A stretch of 64,000 nt of DNA from NCBI GenBank assembly GCA_016286385.1, contig JAEESO010000013.1:1193-65192 (forward strand). The letters run 5' to 3'. A model generated the notes under the pieces. The model saw nothing but the letters and a program-made list of their open reading frames with translations. It did not search any database and was not told the DNA's origin. Of the stretch, positions 37,295 to 47,261 are shown one piece after another. This DNA is from Bacteroidales bacterium. Its GTDB lineage: Bacteria > Bacteroidota > Bacteroidia > Bacteroidales > UBA932. The stretch's first letter is position 1, and every line of letters begins with the position of its first letter. The translations under genes and the position numbers were made by a program.

Positions 37295-38323
37295 TTATTT
37301 CCCGGCCAGGCGGCACTCCCAGGCCCAGGCGGCCTTGAGGGTCTCCTCTATTGTGCGGGTGGCCTTCCAGCCCATTTCCGTGTTGGCAAGGGTGGGATCG
37401 GCCCAGATGGCGGTGATGTCACCGGCCCTGCGGGGAGCGAACTTGTGGGGAACCTTCACGCCATTCACTTTCTCGAAGGCGTTCACCAGTTCCATCACGC
37501 TGAGGGGACGTCCTGTGCCCACGTTGAAGATCTCCACGGGCTTTTTCATCTTGCCCTCTATCATGCGGGTAACGGCATACACATGTGCACGTGCAAGGTC
37601 CACAATGTCAATGAAATCTCTCTGGCAGGTTCCGTCCGGGGTGGGATAGTCATTGCCGAAGATATTCAGGCATTCACGCTTGCCGATAGCGGTCTGTGTG
37701 ATGAAGGGGACAAGGTTGTTGGGAACTCCGCGGGGAAGTTCGCCGATGAGTGCGCTGGGATGTGCGCCGATAGGGTTGAAGTAGCGGAGGAGAATGCCCT
37801 TCAGGGCACCTCCGGAAGCCTTCACAGCGTCGTGGAGGATGTCTTCGCACATAGTCTTTGTATTGCCGTAAGGGGAAGTGGCGGGCTTACGGGGAGTAGC
37901 CTCCGTCACGGGAACGGCATCCGGCTCACCATATACTGTGGCCGATGAAGAGAACAGCACGTTGCACTTGCCTGTTGACTGCGCAACCTCCAGAACGTTG
38001 AGGAAACTCAGCAGGTTGTTCTTGTAGTACATAAGGGGCTTATCCACGGATTCACCCACGGCCTTGTATGCCGCAAAATGGATGACGGCGTCAATGTGGT
38101 ATTTGCCAAAGAGAGCCTTCACGGCGTCCAGGTCACAGAAATCCATTACCTCAAGGGGAAGGTCTTTACGGCCGGTGATCTTCTTCACACCCTCGTAGCA
38201 GGTTCGGTCGCAGTTGGAGAAATTGTCGGCCACAACTACGTCGTAGCCGGCCTCAATTAGCTCTACGGTTACGTGGCTGCCGATAAAACCGGCACCTCCG
38301 GAAACAAGAACAGTCTTTTTCAT
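37295..38323 (-). CDS. galE: UDP-glucose 4-epimerase
   Basis: GGAGFIGSH, HFAAYKAVGESV, SSSATVYG, YGNTK, LRYFNPIGAH. Confidence 0.97.
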   Translation of the reverse strand: MKKTVLVSGGAGFIGSHVTVELIEAGYDVVVADNFSNCDRTCYEGVKKITGRKDLPLEVMDFCDLDAVKALFGKYHIDAVIHFAAYKAVGESVDKPLMYYKNNLLSFLNVLEVAQSTGKCNVLFSSSATVYGEPDAVPVTEATPRKPATSPYGNTKTMCEDILHDAVKASGGALKGILLRYFNPIGAHPSALIGELPRGVPNNLVPFITQTAIGKRECLNIFGNDYPTPDGTCQRDFIDIVDLARAHVYAVTRMIEGKMKKPVEIFNVGTGRPLSVMELVNAFEKVNGVKVPHKFAPRRAGDITAIWADPTLANTEMGWKATRTIEETLKAAWAWECRLAGK

Positions 38324-38330
38324 AATGGTA

Positions 38331-41045
38331 TTAAGATTTAGTTTTGTTATTCTTCTTTCTGGCTTTGGCCCTTTCCCGGGCAATGTATCTTTCCAGCCGC
38401 TTCTGTTCCCGCATGGACTTCTTCTCAAGACGCCTCAGCATCTTCAGTTTCTTGGCACGTTCACGCTCCAGTTTGCGGGCAGCCTTGGCGGCCTGTTTTT
38501 CCTCATACCTACGGTCTTCCTCGGCCCACTTGGCCTCCAGGGCCTTCTGTTTTTCGGCCTTCTTAAGTGCCTTTTCTTCTGCTTTGCGGGCTTTTTCCGC
38601 GGCCTTTATCTCTTCCGGAGTGGGAATGTGCTCTGCCGCAGCGGACAGCGAATCAGCTCCTGCCTTCAAACTATCCGGAACAGCCGTCTTCAGCGAATCC
38701 AGATTGGCGGCAAGGGAGTCTGCAGCAGCCATGAGGGAATCGGCCTGAACGGAAAGTGAATCCAGCGGAACTGCTTTGGCCAGGGAATCCTGCAGCCGTG
38801 CCTGGGCCTGTTTCCTTACAACCTCCAGAGAGTCACGGATTGCAATGTCCCTGTACACCTTCTTGATGTAGCCGGGGAAGTAGATTTCTGTCTGGGTGAA
38901 GGTGGTGTGAGGGCGGGCAAGGTATGATGTGCGCTGGCTCTTCCGGGGCTTTAGCGCAGTAACGGCCTCCGGGGAATCCGGCCTCTTTTCCGGCTCCCAG
39001 CGGTAGCCTTTCAGCTGGCGTTCCTGGGTGGGGAGCTGGACGGAAGGATAGCCGTCGTTCTTGGGATTGTCATAGTAGTACATATGATCAATCTCTCCGT
39101 CCGTGAACGTTGCGTAGAGCATCTTGGAATCCACTTTGTTCACCGTGGCAAGCGCCCCGTTCTCTTCCAGGAAGAAAATGCTGGAAGCGCCGCCCAGGGC
39201 ATCAAACCGCGTGAGTACCTGGCTGGAATCAAAGTATGCCACCATTTCCGTGCCGCTCACCTGGTCATAACTCACGGGGTCTTCCTGGATGGTTATGAAG
39301 GCATTTGACAGCAGATGAGCCTTCTCCGTGCGCTTGTTGCGGATCACAAGGTAAATGCTGTCTGCGGCGTACTGGCGGTTGCCGTCAGTGAAGAAGATGG
39401 GGTCCTTGTACACCCTTGCAAGCGAGTCAAGGTCACTGTAAGCCAGGGAATCACCCCTCATCTGCATGTTCCGGCGGAACAGTTTCACGTCCTTGTTGCC
39501 CCAGATGAAACCCACCTTTGTGGAATCTTTGGGGACCAGAAGGCTGTCGGCCTGGGCCGATAAAGAATCGGCCGGTTGGGGCACGTCGCCCCCGACTTCC
39601 GGCTCGTCACCCCCGACTTCCGACGCGTCACCCCCGACCTGATCGGGGGTCTCCGGAGATTCCCGGTCGGAGCCGGGAATGACGGGTTCCGGCACTAAAG
39701 TGGTGTCCGATGGTACGGCCAGTGTATCTGCCGGTATGCTAAGCGTGTCTGCAGGAACGCCAAGAGAATCACGCACCGGAGGAATGGTGTCGGCAGGAGA
39801 TTCTGGCTTGTCACCCCCGACCTGATCGGGGGTCTGAGGTGGCTTGGGCGCTCCTTTGTCAGGCCCTGCCTGGGCAGGAGCCGCAGCGTTGCCGCCGGGG
39901 GCCTTCCGCCCCGCCCTTCCACCACCCTGCGGCGGGCGGTTTGGGTCGTCCTTCATGGCATCTGCTGCGGCCTTGGCGGCTGCCTCGGCAGCCTTTCGCC
40001 TGTACTCCATGATGGCGTCTCCGGAGATATCGGCCAGCCTTTTTTCAGAGTCCTTTATCCAAGGCTCCGGAATCTCATACTTCTTGTAAGCGCGGTAAAT
40101 GAGGGTATCGGCCCCAAGATAGAGGGAGTCAGGCAACTGCCCTTCCTCTTCCGTCACGGACATTATTGCGGGGTCCCGCGTGAGGGTGGCTCTCTCCAGG
40201 GAATCCGTCCACTGCAGATATCCGGCAAGGATGTACATGTTCTGGACGGTATCCATCACCTCAACCTTTCCAAGAAGTTCCACGTCATTGACGGCCCTGT
40301 AATAGTACGCGGAATCAGACCACGTCTCCTTCTCCTTTGTGAGGGTGTGAACCTTCTTCCGGAACATGAAAAGCTCATCCTTTCGGTTGTACCAGCCGTC
40401 ATCGGCACTGAGCATTTTGTCGTCCTGCCACATGTCCGTTCCAAAGCCGAACCATGCGGTTGAAAGGTCACTGCGGTACTCCAGGCGGGATGTCTTTATG
40501 AACGTGGTGTCCATGTACATGTTCACCTGGTCGTTGAACACAAAGAGTTTGGCCTTGGAATCATAGGTGCCGTAGAGGCTCTCTATCACCTGGCCGTCCT
40601 TGTCACGCATGGCGCCGCCGTCCTGGAACACCGCCACGGAGTCCTTGGTGTTGTAGTCAAGGTATTTTGTGCGAAGCGTATTCTTGTCCTGGTCTTCAAG
40701 CTGGACAAGGTCTCCGCGGAAACGCGCAAGGTCCTGGTCCACCACATATTGGAGGGTGTTGCTGGAAAGGGTTGTGCGGTCCTGGATAATGCGCACGTGC
40801 CCCATTGCGTCTATGATATTGGTGTTGATGTTCCAATATGCTGTGTCGCAGAGGAGGTAAGTGTCGTTGTGAAGGAATTTGGCAGGCCCGGTCACCTTCC
40901 TGTAGCTCTCCCCGTCAATTTCCAGAAGCTGGGCGCTTTCGGCCTTTATCAGAAGGACTTTGTCCTGCGCCATAAGGGCCGATGACCCCGCCACAAAGGA
41001 CAGCGCCAGAGCAATCAGATGCCTATGAAGGGTCCTTGGGGTCAC
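38331..41045 (-). CDS. OstA-like (LptA/LptD-N beta-jellyroll) protein with long low-complexity insert
   Basis: LLCDTAYW, GHVRIIQ, repeated DSxxY strands; follows surA. Confidence 0.8.
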   Translation of the reverse strand: MTPRTLHRHLIALALSFVAGSSALMAQDKVLLIKAESAQLLEIDGESYRKVTGPAKFLHNDTYLLCDTAYWNINTNIIDAMGHVRIIQDRTTLSSNTLQYVVDQDLARFRGDLVQLEDQDKNTLRTKYLDYNTKDSVAVFQDGGAMRDKDGQVIESLYGTYDSKAKLFVFNDQVNMYMDTTFIKTSRLEYRSDLSTAWFGFGTDMWQDDKMLSADDGWYNRKDELFMFRKKVHTLTKEKETWSDSAYYYRAVNDVELLGKVEVMDTVQNMYILAGYLQWTDSLERATLTRDPAIMSVTEEEGQLPDSLYLGADTLIYRAYKKYEIPEPWIKDSEKRLADISGDAIMEYRRKAAEAAAKAAADAMKDDPNRPPQGGGRAGRKAPGGNAAAPAQAGPDKGAPKPPQTPDQVGGDKPESPADTIPPVRDSLGVPADTLSIPADTLAVPSDTTLVPEPVIPGSDRESPETPDQVGGDASEVGGDEPEVGGDVPQPADSLSAQADSLLVPKDSTKVGFIWGNKDVKLFRRNMQMRGDSLAYSDLDSLARVYKDPIFFTDGNRQYAADSIYLVIRNKRTEKAHLLSNAFITIQEDPVSYDQVSGTEMVAYFDSSQVLTRFDALGGASSIFFLEENGALATVNKVDSKMLYATFTDGEIDHMYYYDNPKNDGYPSVQLPTQERQLKGYRWEPEKRPDSPEAVTALKPRKSQRTSYLARPHTTFTQTEIYFPGYIKKVYRDIAIRDSLEVVRKQAQARLQDSLAKAVPLDSLSVQADSLMAAADSLAANLDSLKTAVPDSLKAGADSLSAAAEHIPTPEEIKAAEKARKAEEKALKKAEKQKALEAKWAEEDRRYEEKQAAKAARKLERERAKKLKMLRRLEKKSMREQKRLERYIARERAKARKKNNKTKS
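39585..39835. repeat. REP-like hairpins inside the OstA-like ORF
   Basis: gtcacccccgacctgatcgggggtct at 39627 and 39810; inverted agattcccggtcggagccgggaatgac at 39657; partial copies at 39585 and 39606. Confidence 0.85.
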
Positions 41046-42415
41046 TATTTCCTGGCATTCCAGCTCTCACGGGAGAATTCGCACTCCTTGAAAAGAGGGT
41101 CTATGATGATGTAGGTGCTCTTGATCTTTTCTTCCAGGAAAGCGTCAACGGCCTCCATCTGCTTTTTCTGCCGCACGCCCTCCAGAATCTGGGTGTAGTC
41201 GTTTTCGAAGCTGGCGGTATGGGCCGGGATAATCTTGTCCACGCGGATAATCTTGTACACAAGGTTGCCCTGACGGCCCTGGAGGTAGCCCTCGTTGTCA
41301 AGGGATTCCACAGGCTCTGAAATCTCTCCGGGCTTCAGGTCCTTGATGGCGGCGTAATCGGCCGGCTTGAGCTGGTCAATCTCAAAGTAGGCGCTGCCGG
41401 TTGAGGGATCGGCCATCTGGCCGCCGTTGGTGCGGGAAGCTGGATCCTCGGAGAAGAAGCGCGCGGCAAGCTCGAACTTGATGTTATCGGCCATGATTTC
41501 GGTCTTGATGCTGTCCAGCTTCTTGAAGGCATTGTCTCTGTCGGCCGATGTATACTGCGGTTTCAGGAGGATGTGACGGGCGTTGAACATGTCTCCTTTC
41601 TTTTCCAGGACCTCGATGATGTGATAGCCGTCCGGGGTCTCGACAATCTGGGAAACGGTTCCGGGCCTCAGGGCCATGGCTGCATCTGAGAAAGCAGGCC
41701 AGAAAATGGACTTTGAGGCCAGTCCAAGTTCACCGCCGCGGCGGGCGCTGCCGGGGTCCTCGGAGTAAATGCGGGCAAGGGTTGCGAATTTTTCACCGCC
41801 GATAATCCTTTCGCGGAGATTCAGAAGCTTTTCCTTCACGGAGACGGCTGCGGCCTCGCGGTCAGGGTAGATGCAGATCTGGCTAAGCTGATATTTCACC
41901 GGCACCACAGGAAGGTCTTCCTTGGCTGTGCTGTCCAGGAATTCCTGTACGTCAAAGGGGGTGACCTCCGGAATGCGGTCTGCAACCTGATACCTCTCCT
42001 GCTCCGTGAGACTCTGCTCCTCAAGGGTCTTGCGCCATTCCTGACGAAGCTTGTAGAGGGGCTTTCCAAAGTATTTCTCCATTTCCTCGTCTCCTCCAAG
42101 CTGGGTGCGGAACCAGTCTATCCTCTGGGTGAGGTTGCCCTCCACCATGTCATTGTTCACGGTAAGGGAGTCAAGGCGTGACTGCATGAGGAAGAGCTTT
42201 GATTCCATCATGTTCTGCAGGATCTCGCAGCGCATGTCTTTGTCGGACGAAGAGCCGCCGGCGCGCATTTGCTGAACCTCTGCCTCAACATCTGAGAGCA
42301 GGATTACTTCTCCGCCAACTGTTGCCACCGTTTTGTCCACAATGCCCTTGTATTTCTGGGCGCTTACGCTCACACACGTAAGAAGGCAAAGGGAGAAGAT
42401 GAAGATATGTTTCAT
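41045..42415 (-). CDS. surA: SurA-like parvulin PPIase
   Basis: VDKTVATVG, FATLARIYSEDPGSA.RGGELG, GYHII, ARHILLKP. Confidence 0.88.
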   Translation of the reverse strand: MKHIFIFSLCLLTCVSVSAQKYKGIVDKTVATVGGEVILLSDVEAEVQQMRAGGSSSDKDMRCEILQNMMESKLFLMQSRLDSLTVNNDMVEGNLTQRIDWFRTQLGGDEEMEKYFGKPLYKLRQEWRKTLEEQSLTEQERYQVADRIPEVTPFDVQEFLDSTAKEDLPVVPVKYQLSQICIYPDREAAAVSVKEKLLNLRERIIGGEKFATLARIYSEDPGSARRGGELGLASKSIFWPAFSDAAMALRPGTVSQIVETPDGYHIIEVLEKKGDMFNARHILLKPQYTSADRDNAFKKLDSIKTEIMADNIKFELAARFFSEDPASRTNGGQMADPSTGSAYFEIDQLKPADYAAIKDLKPGEISEPVESLDNEGYLQGRQGNLVYKIIRVDKIIPAHTASFENDYTQILEGVRQKKQMEAVDAFLEEKIKSTYIIIDPLFKECEFSRESWNARK

Positions 42416-42417
42416 AA

Positions 42418-43287
42418 TCAGTAAGTTACAAATTTATTATTCTTGCGGGCGTCTTCCAGGAGGCTTTCCTCAAGGGCCAGCTGGAGGTCATGGCGGCGGG
42501 CGCTGAGCACGAGGTCACTGATGCGCTCACGGCAGTACTCCAGTGGGGCCGTCTTACCGGCGGGAATCATGTCCACAATATATGCCAGATGGAGATTTCC
42601 GGAATCGTCCTTGATCTCCGAGAAGCCGTTCTTGATGGAGGACAGGAGGATTTTGTAGTCTACGCTCAGCTCCTGGCCAAGTGTTATTGCGTCCATCCAG
42701 GTGTCGGACATATCGGCATACTTTATGGCCGATGTATATGCAAGCTGCTCTGCCTCGGTTACCTCAGTGTCGTCCTGCGACGACATCAGGGCCTTGATCC
42801 TCTTCAGGAGGCGGGAGTCCGACGGGATGATGAGGTAGCGGGCCTTGATGACGGGGCGCTCAAGGGTGAAGCTGGCAGCGTGGTTTGCGTAATACTCCTC
42901 AATCTCCGCATCCGTCACAAGGGTGTCCAGCCTCTGGTTTATGTAGAGCTGCTCATAGCGGTACTTAAGAAGGGACCTCCGGTACTGCTCAAGCTCTTTT
43001 GAGACGTCTTTTTCGGAGGCCGATAACTGGGCCTCGGCCATATCCACCAGAAGGAGGTCCTCCGCCCAGGCCTTGATGTAGCGGGCGGCAAGGTTTGCGC
43101 TGTCTTCCGGGGAGACGCCGGCGGGGATGAACTTCTCCAGCTCCCCGCGATGGAGTTTATGGTCTCCTGCGCGGGCCACCACCTCTCCGCGGAAAAGCTC
43201 CTGGGCAGCCTCCTGGAACCGCCCTGCACTTTTGCAGGAGGTAAGGGCCGCCAGAACGCAGAGGGCTATGATGATATGCCTTTTCAT
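42418..43287 (-). CDS. PPIase-associated lipoprotein
   Basis: Lipobox LTSC; YRRSLLKYRYE, EIEEYY; directly upstream of surA. Confidence 0.75.
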   Translation of the reverse strand: MKRHIIIALCVLAALTSCKSAGRFQEAAQELFRGEVVARAGDHKLHRGELEKFIPAGVSPEDSANLAARYIKAWAEDLLLVDMAEAQLSASEKDVSKELEQYRRSLLKYRYEQLYINQRLDTLVTDAEIEEYYANHAASFTLERPVIKARYLIIPSDSRLLKRIKALMSSQDDTEVTEAEQLAYTSAIKYADMSDTWMDAITLGQELSVDYKILLSSIKNGFSEIKDDSGNLHLAYIVDMIPAGKTAPLEYCRERISDLVLSARRHDLQLALEESLLEDARKNNKFVTY

Positions 43288-43305
43288 AGAATCCTACAAA
43301 TATAA

Positions 43306-44757
43306 TCAATTTTTGCCGATTAATTGTATGAGGCCTTCAAGGGCGGGCCTCACTTGTGAGGCCTTTGCCGCCGCATTGTTGGTGAGGATGGCAAAACTGA
43401 TGCGGGGATTTCCGGCTTCGTCAAGGACATATCCGGAGTAGCAGAGAGTGCCTTCCATGGAGCCGCTCTTGATGCGGAACTTCCAGGGCGTGAGGTTCTT
43501 AAGGGTATTCAGCGTGCCTTCTCCCGGGCGCGGAAGGGATTCCACAAAGGCCTTGTTCCCGCTCATTGCGGCAAGATAGTTGGCCATCCATTCCGGGGTT
43601 ACGGAAGAAGCTCTCGAAAGGCCGCTGCCGTCTTTCTGGACAATGCCGTTTGCGGCGCCGGGAACTATATCTTCCAGGACTTCGTTGATGGCAACAAGGC
43701 AGCTATCGTAAACGGCTATCCCCGATGCCGCCTCTCCCATTGCGCGAAGAAGGGATTCGGCATAGAAATTATCGCTGTCCACATTGGTTTTGCGGCATAT
43801 CTGAGCCAGTACAGGGGACTCCGTATGGCCGATTTTCACAACCCCGTCACGCCCTGCCTGATCGGGGGTCCCGTACGTCCCTGTCACCTCCCATCCTGTT
43901 GCCTTCAGGTTCTTGTAAAACTCATGGGCGCAGGTGAGGGCTCCGTATTTGTTTGAAGCCTGCTCCCTCTTTGGCCGCCTGTCTACGGCGAAAGTGCCCG
44001 TAAGGGTGGCCTCGGTGCTTTTGTCTGAGGTTTGAAGATAGAGGCTATTTCCCGTTCCGGCAGGGCCTGTCACGGCCTGGTTCTCCAGCTTCAGCCAGGG
44101 GGTATCCGGGTATGTCTGGGTCATGTTCACCGGGGCTCCGGGTTCCGCTCCGGCGCTCACCTGGAGGTCAATGGTATTCTCATAGAAGCAGAGGGCGCTG
44201 GAGCCGGTTCCGTAGTAGGTCCATGTATCGGCATACTCCCATCCGGGATGCTCCAGCCCGCCTTCCCAGGCGCTTCCGTCCCCTAGAATGTTGCCGTTGA
44301 TGCGCTTGATCCCGGCGCCGGAAAGGATGGTCTTCCACTTCCAGAAGAGGGCATCAGCCTTAAAGGCGGTGGTGTCTGCGGCGCCAATTGTTGGGTCTCC
44401 GCCGCCGATGATATACACGTCTCCGTTCAGCGTGCCGTCTTTGTCGATGCTTCCAGTATAGCCAATTTCCGTTTTGAAGCGGTACTCCGGCCCGAATGCC
44501 CGCAGCGCCGCGCCCGTTGTGACAAGCTTCATGTTTGACGCCGGCACCATGCGCGTTGAGGCGTTGTAGGAAACAACAGTTTTTCCATTCTCCACGGCGC
44601 ACACCCCCACCACAGCCCCTTTCAGGGGACCATTGCTGATCTGGCTCTCGATATACTGCGTGATACTCTGCTGCCATGCGGCGGTTTGCGCCTCCGCAGT
44701 TCCGGCGGCCACAACAAGCGCTGCAGCCAATGCTACTTTTCTGAATCCTGTGTACAT
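43306..44757 (-). CDS. dacB: D-Ala-D-Ala carboxypeptidase/endopeptidase (PBP4)
   Basis: PASNMK, GGGDP, SDN, DGSGLSR, KSG. Confidence 0.9.
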   Translation of the reverse strand: MYTGFRKVALAAALVVAAGTAEAQTAAWQQSITQYIESQISNGPLKGAVVGVCAVENGKTVVSYNASTRMVPASNMKLVTTGAALRAFGPEYRFKTEIGYTGSIDKDGTLNGDVYIIGGGDPTIGAADTTAFKADALFWKWKTILSGAGIKRINGNILGDGSAWEGGLEHPGWEYADTWTYYGTGSSALCFYENTIDLQVSAGAEPGAPVNMTQTYPDTPWLKLENQAVTGPAGTGNSLYLQTSDKSTEATLTGTFAVDRRPKREQASNKYGALTCAHEFYKNLKATGWEVTGTYGTPDQAGRDGVVKIGHTESPVLAQICRKTNVDSDNFYAESLLRAMGEAASGIAVYDSCLVAINEVLEDIVPGAANGIVQKDGSGLSRASSVTPEWMANYLAAMSGNKAFVESLPRPGEGTLNTLKNLTPWKFRIKSGSMEGTLCYSGYVLDEAGNPRISFAILTNNAAAKASQVRPALEGLIQLIGKN

Positions 44758-44798
44758 ATTACAAAAGTAGCCAAAATTTTGCACAAATAGTGCCAAAT

Positions 44799-46088
44799 TC
44801 AGCTCTTGAGCCGGGGGAAGCGGAAAAGTATGGAAAGGCAGGCCATGATGCCAAGGGCAAAAGGATAGTAGAGATTGCCGATGATCGAGAGGGCCGATAC
44901 CCCTGCAAGGCCGCTTGCCATAAGCATCTGGGCGCCATAGGGGAGGATGCCCTGGACAAGGCAGGAGAAGGTGTCCAGGATGGATGCGGTTTTCCTTGGA
45001 TCCAGACCAAAGCGTGCGGAAATATCCTTTGCCAGAGGGCCTACGGTTATGATTGCGATGGTGTTGTTAGCCGTGCAGATGTTCACAAGGGACACTAGTG
45101 CGGCAATGGATGCGCTGGCTCCGCGGGGGCCTTTGATGCGGCGGGTAAGCTTGCCGATAATGAACTCCAGGCCGCCGTTGTATCGGATGATTTCCAGCAT
45201 GCCGCCGGCAAGGAGGGAAACTATGATGAGTTCTCCCATTCCGCCAATGCCGGAGCCTATGGCCGTGAGCCATCCTACAAAGTTGTAAGCGCCTGTTATC
45301 CAGCCGATTATTCCGTTGACGCCGATACCGATTGCAAGTACCGTGACAACGTTCACTCCAAGGATTGCGAGGACTATCACAAGGAGGTAGGGGAGCATGA
45401 GGTACCAATCGGCCCCTAAAACCTCAGGTGACGCGGTAATTCCGCGGCCAAGGAACACATACAGAATGGCCACTATGATTGCCGCAGGGGCCGCGATCCA
45501 CAGGTTCACCTTGAACTTGTCCTGCATGGAGCAGCCCTGGGTTTTGGTGGCCGCAACGGTGGTGTCCGATATGAACGAGAGGTTGTCTCCGAAGAACGCG
45601 CCGCCCACTATGATTCCGGTAATGAGAGGGACGCTTGAACCTGTTCCGGCGGCAATGCCGGATGCAATTGGAACAAGTGCCACAATAGTGCCTACGGACG
45701 TTCCCACGGCCATAGAGACAAAGCAGGCGGCAAGGAAAAGACCGGCATAGAGGAGGTTTCCGGGAAGGATGCTCAGGGTAGCGTTCACGGTAGCGTCAAT
45801 GGCGCCGATGTCCTTGGCCGTTGAGGCAAAAGCCCCGGCCAGCACAAAGATCCAAATCATCAGGAGGACGTTCCTGTTGCCGGCGCCGGAAGAGAAGATG
45901 GCAATCTTTTCGTCGGTCCTCTGCACGCCGCGGGTGATGAGCATGGCGTAAGCGGTGGCAATGATGAAGGCCGCAGCCACGGGAACCTTATAGAAATCTC
46001 CTGCCAGGATAGCTCCCGCCACGTATACTGCCATGAATACCAAAAGTGGACTCAGGGCCAGCCAGCCGTTAATTTTTCCGTTTGCCAT
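44799..46088 (-). CDS. NhaC-family transporter
   Basis: GTSVGT, GAFFGDNLSFISDTT, DTFSC, PYGAQ. Confidence 0.88.
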   Translation of the reverse strand: MANGKINGWLALSPLLVFMAVYVAGAILAGDFYKVPVAAAFIIATAYAMLITRGVQRTDEKIAIFSSGAGNRNVLLMIWIFVLAGAFASTAKDIGAIDATVNATLSILPGNLLYAGLFLAACFVSMAVGTSVGTIVALVPIASGIAAGTGSSVPLITGIIVGGAFFGDNLSFISDTTVAATKTQGCSMQDKFKVNLWIAAPAAIIVAILYVFLGRGITASPEVLGADWYLMLPYLLVIVLAILGVNVVTVLAIGIGVNGIIGWITGAYNFVGWLTAIGSGIGGMGELIIVSLLAGGMLEIIRYNGGLEFIIGKLTRRIKGPRGASASIAALVSLVNICTANNTIAIITVGPLAKDISARFGLDPRKTASILDTFSCLVQGILPYGAQMLMASGLAGVSALSIIGNLYYPFALGIMACLSILFRFPRLKS

Positions 46089-46171
46089 AATACTCTACTA
46101 ACTTTTGCAAAGATAGGCATTTTTAATTATCGGCAAAAATTCTTACCTTTGGACTGAAAATAACCACAACT

Positions 46172-46819
46172 ATGAACACATCAGAGAAATTTGTCATAAC
46201 CATCAGCCGTGAGCTTGGCTCCGGAGGACGCACCGTGGGCCGTAAACTCGCAGAAGCACTTGGTGTCCGCTACTCAGATAAGGAACTTGTCCATGAGCTC
46301 ATGAAGCGCTTCAATCTCACCGTTTCCGGCATTGAAAAACTCAAGGGAGAGAAAAAGACCTGGATATCGGACTTCCTCCAGATGGTGGCGCCCGTCCCCA
46401 AGATGTCCCTCCTCACCGGCTACGATGACAAATATGCGGCGGAATTCCGTCCTGATGTTTCATCGGCCGATATCTTCAAGGCAGAGTCAGAGATCCTTCA
46501 GGCCATTGCCGCAGAGGAATCCTGCGTCATCGCCGGCCGTTCCGGTTTCTTTGTCCTCAGGGACTGCCCCAACAAACTGGATATCTTCATCACCGCTTCC
46601 CGCGAGCATCGCATTGAGCGCGTCTCCCGCAAGCAGAACCTTACCCCTGAGCAGGCATGCATCCTCATTGACAAGATTGACAAGGACCGCGACACCTACA
46701 TCAAGAACTTCGCCGGTGTCAGCCGCTACGACCTCCGCAACTACCAGCTGGTCCTCAACATGGACACCCTCTCGGAGGATAAGGCCGTGGAACTGATTCT
46801 TTCCTACATCAAGGGTTAG
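46172..46819 (+). CDS. Cytidylate kinase-like protein
   Basis: ITISRELGSGG, CVIAGR, YQLVLN. Confidence 0.85.
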   Translation: MNTSEKFVITISRELGSGGRTVGRKLAEALGVRYSDKELVHELMKRFNLTVSGIEKLKGEKKTWISDFLQMVAPVPKMSLLTGYDDKYAAEFRPDVSSADIFKAESEILQAIAAEESCVIAGRSGFFVLRDCPNKLDIFITASREHRIERVSRKQNLTPEQACILIDKIDKDRDTYIKNFAGVSRYDLRNYQLVLNMDTLSEDKAVELILSYIKG

Positions 46820-47259
46820 CCCTTTTTCTTCATAAGATATACGGCTCCCACAATAATTGCCACCACCAGCAGGAACGCCAGGGTGGTGTTGAACGCGTCT
46901 CCCATCTTTATCTTGAGCATCAGGACGCCAAAGTTGATGGCAAACAGCGCCGCACCGCCCACCAGGGCAATGCCAAGGCTTGCCAAAGTGCCGCTGGGGT
47001 TGGCCTCCCAGGTTTTCCCCTTCAGGATTTTAAGGCCGATATGCACTACCGGAATCAGCCCCACCGCCAGTGAGAAAACAAGCGCCAGTGTCTTTTTATT
47101 CCGGGCCGATTCTTCGGCCTCCCTGGACTCCTCCGCAATGCGATCCGCCTCATCCAGCACTGCCTGGACTTCCGGGGTAATATAGTCTTTGTACATCTCC
47201 TCCGGGGAGGTTGCCTGAAGGGGCATCAGAAAGAGAAAAAGTGAAAGTATGGCGTTCAT
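46816..47259 (-). CDS. Hypothetical membrane protein
   Basis: Signal peptide plus three TMs. Confidence 0.7.
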   Translation of the reverse strand: MNAILSLFLFLMPLQATSPEEMYKDYITPEVQAVLDEADRIAEESREAEESARNKKTLALVFSLAVGLIPVVHIGLKILKGKTWEANPSGTLASLGIALVGGAALFAINFGVLMLKIKMGDAFNTTLAFLLVVAIIVGAVYLMKKKG

Positions 47260-47261
47260 GA

